DNA from: an uncultured Bacilli bacterium
GTDB taxonomy: Bacteria; Bacillota_I; Bacilli_A; RF39; UBA660
DNA length: 52,183 nucleotides
Reading direction: 5' to 3'
Assembly (NCBI GenBank): GCA_944327365.1
Contig: CALVHI010000002.1
Span: 1-52,183 of the forward strand
This document shows positions 1-8,065 of the stretch, one piece after another (the first letter of the stretch is position 1; each line of letters begins with the position of its first letter). Made by a program: the position numbers and the translations under genes. The notes beneath the pieces are model-generated. The model was not told where the DNA came from, did no database searches, and was given only the letters and a program-made list of their open reading frames with translations.

Positions 1-52
1 CTTGCATAACAGAGCCACAATCTGCCGTGTTAACCACTTCACCAATCCCGCC
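1..52 (-). tRNA. tRNA-His (GTG), 5' portion only; the rest lies beyond the window edge
   Basis: Reverse complement of 1-52 reads GGCGGGATTGGTGAAGTGGTTAACACGGCAGATTGTGGCTCTG... It has the extra 5' G typical of tRNA-His, a GAAGTGGTTAA D-loop and the anticodon loop TTGTGGC. Confidence 0.8.
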
Positions 53-146
53 ATTTGAACATTATTAGAATATCAAACTTTTAGAAAAAAATCAACTACT
101 TTATGCATTTATTCTCTTATTTTACTCATAATATTACAGATGTATT

Positions 147-1577
147 ATGAAAAAGACAAGTATTTGGACAAATATTAAAGATATTGATTGTAAAATGTTA
201 GATAAAGATATAGAAGTTGATGTTTTAATTGTCGGTGGTGGCATCACTGGTTTATCTACCCTTTTAGAACTTCAAAATAGCAATTTGAAAACTATTTTAG
301 TTGAAAGAAATATATGCGGTCATGGCGTTACTTCAAGGAGTACTGCTAAGATAACTTATTTGCAAGAACAAATTTATATGAACACTAGAAAGTCTAGTTA
401 TGATAAGGCAAGTCAGTATTTAAAATCACAGATAGAGGCAGCGAGTAGACTTAAGGATATTATTACTAAAAATCATATTGATTGTGATTTAAAAGAAGTT
501 TCTTCTTATATTTTTACTAATGATGAAAAAAATGTAGCAAAACTCGAAAGCGAATATGATTTTTTAACTAACAATCATGTAAACGTTGAAAAAACTAAAT
601 TAAAGGGAGTAAATAATATTCTTGCTTTAAAGGTTGATAATACTTATACTTTTCATCCCTTAAAATATATTAACTATCTTAAAAATCTGATGAAAGATTT
701 TATTTACGAAAATTCTAAAGTGGAGGCAATAGACAAAAAAGATGGATATTATTATTCTAGGGTTAATGGTCATATTATTAAAAGTAAATATGTAGTATTT
801 GCTACTCATTATCCCTACTTTTTAATTCCTCTTTTATTTCCCTTTAAAAATCATGTAGAAACTTCTTATATTGGTGCTAAAGAAGTTAAAAATACTCAAG
901 ATATTAGCGCGATTAATATAGATAAGCCTTGTATATCGATGCGTTATTATGGGGATGGAAAGAAAAATTATTTAATTTATTTATTTCAATCTTTTTCTTC
1001 TTGCAATATTAAAAGTATTCATGATAATTTTGATGAATTAAATAGAAAATATCATTTTTATTATATTTGGAGTAATAAAGATATTATTACCAATGATTAT
1101 ATTCCTTATATTGGTAGAGTTTATAAAGATGATGATACTTTTTTACTCGCCTGTGGTTATAATACTTGGGGTTTTACAAATGGATGTTTAGCTGGAAAAA
1201 TACTCTCAGATATTATTACTAAGAAAGATAATCCCTATATTGACCTTTTTTCGCCGCATCGAAATATTAATCTAAATAAAATATTAAGATTACCAATAGA
1301 TTTGGGTTGTAGTGTGAAAGCTATACTTAAAAGTACCAAAAATAATGTGAATAACATGAGTATTATCTACAAAAAAATCGATGGTAAAAATGTTGCGATA
1401 TATAAAGATAAAAAAGGGAAAGAACATATTGTTTTAAATAAATGTCCTCATATGAAATGTGGTTTAGTATTTAATGAAGTTGAAGAAACATGGGATTGCT
1501 TGTGTCATGGTTCGCGCTTTACAATTGATGGTAAATGTATTGAAGGTCCTAGTAATTATGATATCAGTTTTAAATAG
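147..1577 (+). CDS. FAD-dependent oxidoreductase fused to a C-terminal Rieske [2Fe-2S] domain (YhfW-like)
   Basis: N-terminal dinucleotide fold VLIVGGGITGLST. C-terminal Rieske ligands CPHMKCG...CLCHGSRF. A hairpin terminator follows. Confidence 0.85.
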   Translation: MKKTSIWTNIKDIDCKMLDKDIEVDVLIVGGGITGLSTLLELQNSNLKTILVERNICGHGVTSRSTAKITYLQEQIYMNTRKSSYDKASQYLKSQIEAASRLKDIITKNHIDCDLKEVSSYIFTNDEKNVAKLESEYDFLTNNHVNVEKTKLKGVNNILALKVDNTYTFHPLKYINYLKNLMKDFIYENSKVEAIDKKDGYYYSRVNGHIIKSKYVVFATHYPYFLIPLLFPFKNHVETSYIGAKEVKNTQDISAINIDKPCISMRYYGDGKKNYLIYLFQSFSSCNIKSIHDNFDELNRKYHFYYIWSNKDIITNDYIPYIGRVYKDDDTFLLACGYNTWGFTNGCLAGKILSDIITKKDNPYIDLFSPHRNINLNKILRLPIDLGCSVKAILKSTKNNVNNMSIIYKKIDGKNVAIYKDKKGKEHIVLNKCPHMKCGLVFNEVEETWDCLCHGSRFTIDGKCIEGPSNYDISFK

Positions 1578-1601
1578 ATTTGTGTTATAATTTTTGTAAG
1601 T

Positions 1602-1634
1602 GCTAGTAAAGACTTAGGTTTACTAGCTTTTTTA
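1602..1634 (+). terminator. Intrinsic terminator after the oxidoreductase gene
   Basis: 9-bp stem GCTAGTAAA / TTTACTAGC (1602-1610, 1619-1627) followed by TTTTTT. Confidence 0.7.
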
Positions 1635-1641
1635 TTATGGA

Positions 1642-3510
1642 GTGACTTTTGTGATTATTTTTTCATGTCTTAAAAAAGAGTTTGATTTGTATGTCAAAAA
1701 AGGAATTATTAGCAATAAAGTTTATGATGCTTATAAAGAAAAAATTGGTAAAAAATCAAAATTAAACCAAATTAAAGCTTGGGCTCATAGTTTACCAGAA
1801 ATGATACCTATCCTTTCCGATTTACCGGATAATGCTGGAATTGCCATTGAGTTTAACATTCCTCTTACTAGTAAAAGAGTTGATTTTGTTGTTAGTGGAT
1901 ATGACATAAATCATAAACCTGTTTTACTTTTGTTTGAACTAAAACAGTGGCAAAATGCTATGGATGTTAAAAATCAAGATGCTGTTGTAAAAACAATATT
2001 CGCTAATAAAGAACAAAAATCTTTACACCCCTCTTATCAAGTAAGCTGTTATGCTGAATTACTTTTAAACTACAATCATTTTGTTGAAAAAGAAAACGTA
2101 CAAATAGTTCCTCTTGTCTACTTGCATAACTACTCTATATCTCATCATGATGATTTATTTTTAAACAAATTCAAGAAATATTATTTGAAAGCGCCAATAT
2201 ATGGTAAGAATGAAGCTAGAGAATTAAAAGCTCTTATAGATAACGCTATTTGTTTTGGTGATGATGCTTTTATTATTCATCAAATTGACCAAAGTAAGAC
2301 GAAGCCTAATAAAAAGCTATTAGAGGCAATTGAAGAAATGATACAAAATAAAAAAGAATATACTTTACTGGATGAACAAAAAGTTGTTGCTGAATCAAGC
2401 AAAAAAGAAGTTAAAAATTCTTTTGCAACAAATAAGAAAAGTGTTATTATCGTGAAAGGTGGTCCAGGTACTGGAGAGTCAGTTTTGGCTATTCATTTGT
2501 TAGGAGAATTACTCAAAATTGGTTTAATGGGGGCTTATGTTTCTAAGAATATGGCACCAAGAAAAGTATATAAAAACAGTTTAGTTAGTAATAATGAAAT
2601 TAGTATTCATGAATTATTTAAAAGCTCAGGTTATTTTATGTTTGATTCAGAAAATAAATATGATTTTTTACTGGTAGATGAAGCTCATCGTCTGCAAGAA
2701 AAATCAGGAATTCATGGTAATATTGGTGAAAATTAGATTAAAGAAATTATCCATGCTTCTAGGTCTACCGTTTTCTTTGTTGATGAACAGCAGATGATTA
2801 CTTTAAAAGATATCGGAACGATTGCTAATATAAAGTATTATGCCGCAGTTTATCAAGCATCTATTATAGAGCTCGAACTTACAAGTCAATTTCGATGCAA
2901 TGGTAGTGATTCTTATTTGGATTTTGTTGATGCATTTTTATATAATAAAAGAGATACTGTACATTTTAATTTTGATTTTCAAGTAATGGATTCGCCCAAT
3001 GAACTAAGAGATTTAATTAAGATTTAAAATATAAGTAATAATGCTCGGTTAGTCGCTGGTTTTTGTTGGCCTAGAGATGGGAAGAATGCTGATAATCAAG
3101 AATATATGGATATTAAAATTGGTGATTTTGAGGCTAGTTGGAATTTAAAACATGGAGAGCCTTTTGCAACAAGAGAAAATGCGATTAATGAAGTTGGCTG
3201 TGTTCATAATGTTCAAGGATTAGAATTCGATTATATTGGCGTTATTATTGGCCCTGATTTAAAATATCTAAATGGCAAAGTCATTACTGATTATCAAAAG
3301 CGGGCTAATACTGAAAAATCTTTGTATGGACTGAGAGTTTTAATGAAGCAAAATAAAGAATATTATGAACATCTTGCCGATACGATTATTCGTAATACTT
3401 ACCGGGTATTGCTTACTCGTGGCCTTAAGGGATGCTATGTCTATGCATGTGATGAAAATCTACAAAAACATTTAAAAAAGATAACAAAAAACAGAAAGAT
3501 TATATCTTAA
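1642..3510 (+). pseudogene. DUF2075-type P-loop NTPase/helicase-like gene with an N-terminal PD-(D/E)xK-like region, inactivated by two in-frame stops
   Basis: The three track ORFs (1642-2736, 2794-3027, 3106-3510) are all in the same frame. They are separated only by TAG at 2734-2736 and TAA at 3025-3027. Family motifs run straight across the stops (LLVDEAHRL, VFFVDEQQ, QFRCNGS, RLVAGFCWP, VHNVQGLEFDYIGVIIG, YRVLLTRGLKG). Walker A reads GGPGTGES, so the Lys is replaced by Glu. Confidence 0.8.
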
Positions 3511-3520
3511 CCTTTCTGTT
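3490..3520. terminator. Hairpin shared by the convergent 3' ends of the DUF2075 pseudogene and the AAA+ gene
   Basis: AACAGAAAG (3490-3498) pairs with CTTTCTGTT (3512-3520). There is an A-run on one side and a T-run on the other. Confidence 0.5.
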
Positions 3521-3521
3521 T

Positions 3522-4436
3522 TTAAGTTGTTTCATTCAAATCAACATTTTCTTCTTTTATCATGTCAGCAAATTCTAGTTTAAAGCGTTCAATTTCCTTT
3601 TTGCGCGCATCTTCATAAATATTTTTGGCATTACAAATGGCTTTGTAAAAATGTTTTAATGTTACTGTTTTTTTATTATCATATAGCGCAAAAGTAAAAG
3701 CATTGGATACAATTGTCAAACAAATATCGGGATAACGACTAGCTATTTCGTATACTCTTTTATATTCGTCAGTCATATCGACAATAAAACGCATTAGTTT
3801 TTCTTTCACAAAATTTGTATATTCACATTTTACACCCGTTGTTGCTTCAATTTTAGGTAACGTTCCTAAAAGAATTTGCACCGTTGTATCTTTATCTGTT
3901 TCTAGTACTTCGATTTTCTGAAATCTTCTTAAGAAAGCTCTATCTCTTAATATGTAATGTTCGTATTCTTCCGTAGTTGTAGCACCAATCATTTTAATGG
4001 TTCCACGGTCTAGTCCTGCTTTTAACATATTAGCAAAATCCATACCACCATCTTTATTTACTAATAAATGGGTCTCATCAATAAATATAATTGTATCTTT
4101 TTTGCTTGCAAGTTCCCTTACTAATAAATCAATTCGATTTTCTGTTTCTCCATTATTTGTAGTACTACCTATTAAACTAGAAATATTAATTTTAATAATT
4201 TGATTATTTAATAAAACATCCGGTACGTATCCTTTTATAATGCGGTAAGCTAGTCCTTCAACTATAGCTGTTTTTCCTATTCCTGGTTTTCCTACTAAAA
4301 GAGCGCTCTTTTCTGGTGTTAAAAGGGTTAATATTACTTGTTTAATCTCACTATCTCTACCTATAGCAGGGTCAGTTATATATTCTTTATCTGTCAGATT
4401 TTCGCCATAACGAGTTAACATGCTAATTTCTTCCAC
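3522..4436 (-). CDS. Stand-alone Clp/Hsp100 D1-like AAA+ ATPase with no N-domain, M-domain or D2
   Basis: [10 protein letters not shown], Walker A GKPGIGKT, Walker [25 protein letters not shown] and the RYPD small-domain motif. The pore-loop position reads NNGETENR instead of KYRGEFEER. Confidence 0.8.
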   Translation of the reverse strand: MEEISMLTRYGENLTDKEYITDPAIGRDSEIKQVILTLLTPEKSALLVGKPGIGKTAIVEGLAYRIIKGYVPDVLLNNQIIKINISSLIGSTTNNGETENRIDLLVRELASKKDTIIFIDETHLLVNKDGGMDFANMLKAGLDRGTIKMIGATTTEEYEHYILRDRAFLRRFQKIEVLETDKDTTVQILLGTLPKIEATTGVKCEYTNFVKEKLMRFIVDMTDEYKRVYEIASRYPDICLTIVSNAFTFALYDNKKTVTLKHFYKAICNAKNIYEDARKKEIERFKLEFADMIKEENVDLNETT

Positions 4437-4438
4437 TT

Positions 4439-4906
4439 TTATCTTCCCCTTCCTAATAATTTGTCAAAATCAGTTTTAATAAATGTTTTTGTTTTAGTAT
4501 CAAAAACAAATTCAATACTCTCATATTCGTCATTTCTAAATTCACTTAAATTTAGAACTTCTATTTCAATGTCTTTGTCTAATCTTTTTAGAAATAAAGT
4601 CAATTCTGTAATTTTAGTTATTTGAGTTTGAAGTCCCGGTATGATTAAACATTTTCTTTTTCTTGTCAATTTATTTAAAATACTTTTTATCTTTTTTTCA
4701 TATCCATCTAGTATATGCATTAAATATGTATCTTTTTGATCAGCAATAATTAGACATAAACATGTGGCTAAAGCAAATGTTCCTAATAAAGAATGATTTT
4801 CATCTTCTTTTATTACTTCATCCATTCTTGCTAATTTTACTTCATTAATATTTATAGGCTGTTCTTCTATAATGGGATGAATTTCATGCATTTCATAATA
4901 TGTCAT
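4439..4906 (-). CDS. Hypothetical 155-aa protein with a possible CheD/CNF1-like deamidase fold (weak)
   Basis: It lies 2 nt upstream of the AAA+ gene, and an AAGGAGGA RBS precedes its ATG. The segment [26 protein letters not shown] has T-x5-C...H spacing like the remembered CheD TLGLGSCVAV...MAHVMLP. Confidence 0.6.
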   Translation of the reverse strand: MTYYEMHEIHPIIEEQPININEVKLARMDEVIKEDENHSLLGTFALATCLCLIIADQKDTYLMHILDGYEKKIKSILNKLTRKRKCLIIPGLQTQITKITELTLFLKRLDKDIEIEVLNLSEFRNDEYESIEFVFDTKTKTFIKTDFDKLLGRGR

Positions 4907-4924
4907 AGATCCTCCTTATTTTTT

Positions 4925-4933
4925 ATTATATCA
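4925..4933 (-). promoter_or_regulatory. Extended -10 element (TGaTATAAT) for the two-gene operon
   Basis: The reverse complement of 4925-4933 is TGATATAAT, about 15 nt upstream of the RBS. No clear -35 was found. Confidence 0.4.
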
Positions 4934-4968
4934 TTTTTTAAAGAAAATAAAAAGCAAATCATTACGAC

Positions 4969-5352
4969 TTACTTTAAATCTTTTACCCATAAACCATGAA
5001 GATTACAATATGCATAAGCGCGAATTACTTCTTCTCCTTCTAATAAAGCAAAATTGGCAATAGGTTGTTCTCCTGGCTTTAAAGCAACTCTTTTTATTCC
5101 GCTTCTTGTTTCTAGATAAATCCATTCTATGTAGTGATCCATTTCCATCGGATGAAGTGTTTCGCCAACAGTTACTTTTACTGCGTTTTCAAGAATTTCT
5201 ACAACTGGAATATGTTTTTCAGTAGCAGCTTCTACACTATTGGCCGTTAATATCTCCATGTCAATTCCACAACAAATTGGTGTTACTCCCGAATCATTGA
5301 TCATTTCAATTAAATTGCCACAACGACGACACAATAAAAATTTTCTATTCAT
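4969..5352 (-). CDS. dfx: Desulfoferrodoxin (superoxide reductase, 2Fe type)
   Basis: N-terminal desulforedoxin cysteines CRRCGN...CCG. Centre II ligands HPMEMDHYIEW and CNLHGLW. Length is 127 aa. Confidence 0.85.
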   Translation of the reverse strand: MNRKFLLCRRCGNLIEMINDSGVTPICCGIDMEILTANSVEAATEKHIPVVEILENAVKVTVGETLHPMEMDHYIEWIYLETRSGIKRVALKPGEQPIANFALLEGEEVIRAYAYCNLHGLWVKDLK

Positions 5353-5485
5353 ATTACTACCTCCAATATAAGATTAACAAAAAATAAAGAAAATTTCTAT
5401 AGTAAATTTATTACTTTACATTAAATTTATTCATTTATATTTTTTTAAATTTGTGATAAACTATTTGTAATAGGATGGATGAAAG

Positions 5486-5791
5486 ATGAAAACAAAAAAA
5501 TTAATAATTTTATTAGTAGTAACAAGTATTGTTTTATTTTATAGTATGTTATGCTATAATGTGTTAAATAAAAGATTAGAAATAGAAACTAAAGAAGAAA
5601 TTATAAATTATTTCAATAAAAACTATCCTTTTATAACAGAATATGAATATGTTAAAGCGATTAGTGATGAGGAAAATGATTTTCAAGTTTTTGTAAAAAC
5701 TGATCATGAAGATTTTACTTTTCATTTTTTAATACAAAATCATAGATATTTATTAAACGATGTAACAGTAGGTATTCCTCCCTATATATAA
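5486..5791 (+). CDS. Small hypothetical protein with an N-terminal transmembrane helix
   Basis: Hydrophobic N-terminus LIILLVVTSIVLFYSML. An RBS-like GGATGGATGAAAG lies upstream. No family was recognised. Confidence 0.5.
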   Translation: MKTKKLIILLVVTSIVLFYSMLCYNVLNKRLEIETKEEIINYFNKNYPFITEYEYVKAISDEENDFQVFVKTDHEDFTFHFLIQNHRYLLNDVTVGIPPYI

Positions 5792-5849
5792 AATATTTTT
5801 AGCTTGTATTTTAATTTAAATACTATTCAATTTCTTTAAAATACGTTAT

Positions 5850-5995
5850 AATTATATTAGGTTAATCTGTTTACAGGAACTGTTTTTGCTCTTTGTAGGT
5901 CTTTCGCAACAGTTGGGCTAACATGTTCATTGTGAATAACAATGGCAACCTCAGCAACAACAACGTGAATAACACGTGGGGTGTGCGCCCAATAT
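5850..5995 (+). repeat. Copy A of a two-copy repeat: 19-nt 5' block, 48-nt unrelated spacer and a 79-nt GC-rich, AAC-rich core. Non-coding.
   Basis: AATTATATTAGGTTAATCT (5850-5868) is identical to 25472-25490. The core 5917-5995 matches 25536-25614 at 69 of 79 positions. The frame equivalent to copy B has an upstream TAG and no start codon. Confidence 0.7.
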
Positions 5996-6133
5996 CCTTT
6001 TAAACTTAAAACTTGATTACGGTTAAGCAAAAAAGCATTAGGATACAAGATTAGTCTATGGATATTCCTAAATAAATAATATTGATATTTTAAGTCTAGT
6101 ATTTAAAATTACTACAATATTAAAATAACCTCA

Positions 6134-6712
6134 TTAATTGGGGTTATTTTTTAGCTTTTCATACTTTCTAGATAAATCTTTGTATACTTTTACTATTTTA
6201 ACTAATATTTCCTTATTATCAATAATTAAATCATTACAGGCGATTAATGTTGCTAACCCATTAGCGTATAGCCAAACATTCATAAATAGATTTTTAGCTT
6301 CTTCAAACGTTAAACTGTGCTTATTCACAAGATTAATAATTGTTGATTGATTCCATTTTTCATTTAATACATCATCAATATTTGTCCATTTTAGATTATT
6401 TGATAAAAACATACACTTAAAATAGTTCTTGTGCATATAAGCAAATTCTACGTAAGCTACACATACCGTTATTAAAGCGTTTTTATTATCAACCCGTTTC
6501 ATGATAAATTCATCATATTCTTTTTTTATAATTTCATTTACATCTCTAATTAAATCATCTAAACTTTTATAAATACGATAGATTGGTTTTGTTGAAATCC
6601 CGGCATTTTTAGCTAAATCTCTAGCATTAATACTTTCTATTCCTTCTGTTTCTACCATTTTTATTGCTATTTTTAATAGTGTTTTTTTGTCAATAATCGT
6701 TTTTCCCGCCAT
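6134..6712 (-). CDS. TetR/AcrR family transcriptional regulator
   Basis: N-terminal HTH region INARDLAKNAGISTKPIYRIYKS. Length is 192 aa with an all-helical C-terminal part. Confidence 0.85.
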   Translation of the reverse strand: MAGKTIIDKKTLLKIAIKMVETEGIESINARDLAKNAGISTKPIYRIYKSLDDLIRDVNEIIKKEYDEFIMKRVDNKNALITVCVAYVEFAYMHKNYFKCMFLSNNLKWTNIDDVLNEKWNQSTIINLVNKHSLTFEEAKNLFMNVWLYANGLATLIACNDLIIDNKEILVKIVKVYKDLSRKYEKLKNNPN

Positions 6713-6735
6713 TTTTTCACCGCCCTTATTTTATT

Positions 6736-6780
6736 GGTAACTTTCGTTATCATTATAATATATCCCCTATTTTTTGTCAA
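6736..6780 (-). promoter_or_regulatory. Sigma-A type promoter of the TetR gene with an adjacent inverted repeat (candidate operator)
   Basis: On the minus strand: TTGACA (6775-6780), a 17-nt spacer, then TATAAT (6752-6757). The imperfect inverted repeat GATAACgaaaGTTACC (6736-6751) lies just downstream. Confidence 0.55.
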
Positions 6781-6807
6781 ATTAAAACAAATACTTAAGT
6801 ACTTGCT

Positions 6808-8025
6808 TTAATCTTTTTTGATTTTTATTATAAATTGATAAAGATCATTTAAGTCTGTTTCTTCTAATGTAATATTAAATCCCTTATAAGTTAAATTATC
6901 TTTTACATCACGTATAGCATTTATGGCTGTTTTTAAATCGATGCCTAACTTTTCTTCTTGTTTTTGCTCATAGTTTGGATCAAGAGTTTCAATTAGATCT
7001 ACCGGATCAAAAATATCTTCTTTATTATTAGTTGAAACTGGTATTGTTCCAAAATTAACATTGCTATTAATGGCCAATTCTTGAGCTTGTTTTTCTCCTA
7101 CTTCTTTTGTTTGAGGAAGCTCTATGTTTAATATAGGTGTTTTTAAGTTTGGCTCTTCTGTATTCATGTTTACTTTTTCGTTTTCTAGAAAATTAAAAAA
7201 GTTATTTTTAGCATCATTTTTGGCTTGATCAACAGGTATAATTTCGGGATTAAACATTTTTTCTCTTTCAATCTCTTTTAGTTTGCGAGCTATATCACTT
7301 TCTTCATTAATATTTGGTATTTGGGTTGCTTCTTTTTTAATTGTATCTATATTAACACTTTTTACTAAAGGAACATCCATATCATTGCTTGTTTTTTCTT
7401 TTGATTGAGCCATTGAGTTTTTTAACTCATTATCTAAATCTTTTACCGTCATTCTTTCATTGATAATTCTTTTTAACCATTTTCTTTGTTCTTCGTGATT
7501 TGGCAAAACTAAAAGACTTCTAGCGTGGCGTTCACTAATTTCTTGGTTTATCAAAGCTTTCTGAACTTCTTCATCTAAATTTAAAAGTCGAAGCTTATTG
7601 GCAATAGCACTTTGTGATAATCCCATTTTTTTGGCTAACTCAGCCTGAGTTAAATAACCTTTATCTAATAAATTTTTGTAACTCCTAGCTTCTTCTATTG
7701 CTGATAGATCTCTTCTTTGAACATTTTCGACAATAGCAACTTCTGCACTTTTATTATCATCAATATCAGCGATGATGGCAGGAACCGAAGAAAGCCCTGC
7801 TAAAGAGGCCGCCTTATATCTTCTTTCTCCAGCAATAATTTCATATTTATCATCGACTCTTCTTAAGACTAAAGGTTGAATAATTCCATGTTGTTTGATG
7901 GAATTTGCTAATTCATCTAAGCCTTGATCATCAAAATTAAGTCGTGGTTGAAAACGATTGGGTATTATATCATCAATCGGTATCTGTAATATTTTTTGTT
8001 CTAAGTTCACATTTATCAACCCCAT
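6808..8025 (-). CDS. noc: ParB-family protein of the Noc (nucleoid occlusion) type, with a roughly 120-aa low-complexity insertion
   Basis: ParB box IPNRFQPR...IIAGERRYKA. The HTH and recognition region SQSAIANKLRLLNL...ISERHARSLL matches remembered B. subtilis Noc (GQSTIANKLRLLKL...ITERHARALI), not Spo0J (SRPHIANHLRLL...SAGHGRTLL). The C-terminal GFNITLEETDLNDLYQFIIKIKK resembles the Noc C-terminus. The start codon is uncertain because no clear RBS is present. Confidence 0.75.
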   Translation of the reverse strand: MGLINVNLEQKILQIPIDDIIPNRFQPRLNFDDQGLDELANSIKQHGIIQPLVLRRVDDKYEIIAGERRYKAASLAGLSSVPAIIADIDDNKSAEVAIVENVQRRDLSAIEEARSYKNLLDKGYLTQAELAKKMGLSQSAIANKLRLLNLDEEVQKALINQEISERHARSLLVLPNHEEQRKWLKRIINERMTVKDLDNELKNSMAQSKEKTSNDMDVPLVKSVNIDTIKKEATQIPNINEESDIARKLKEIEREKMFNPEIIPVDQAKNDAKNNFFNFLENEKVNMNTEEPNLKTPILNIELPQTKEVGEKQAQELAINSNVNFGTIPVSTNNKEDIFDPVDLIETLDPNYEQKQEEKLGIDLKTAINAIRDVKDNLTYKGFNITLEETDLNDLYQFIIKIKKD

Positions 8026-8065
8026 TTGTCTATTTTATTTTATCATTTTTTTTGATTTTTTTCAA

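Noticed and set aside
2734-3027. The two in-frame stops in the DUF2075 gene as programmed read-through or recoding
   Set aside because: Two different stop codons (TAG and TAA) are involved, with no recognisable recoding context. The Walker A lysine is also lost, which points to decay rather than regulated read-through.
5857-6048. Track ORF 5857-6048 (-), 63 aa
   Set aside because: It is the antisense reading of repeat copy A. It has no RBS, and its apparent length comes from the locally GC-rich sequence.
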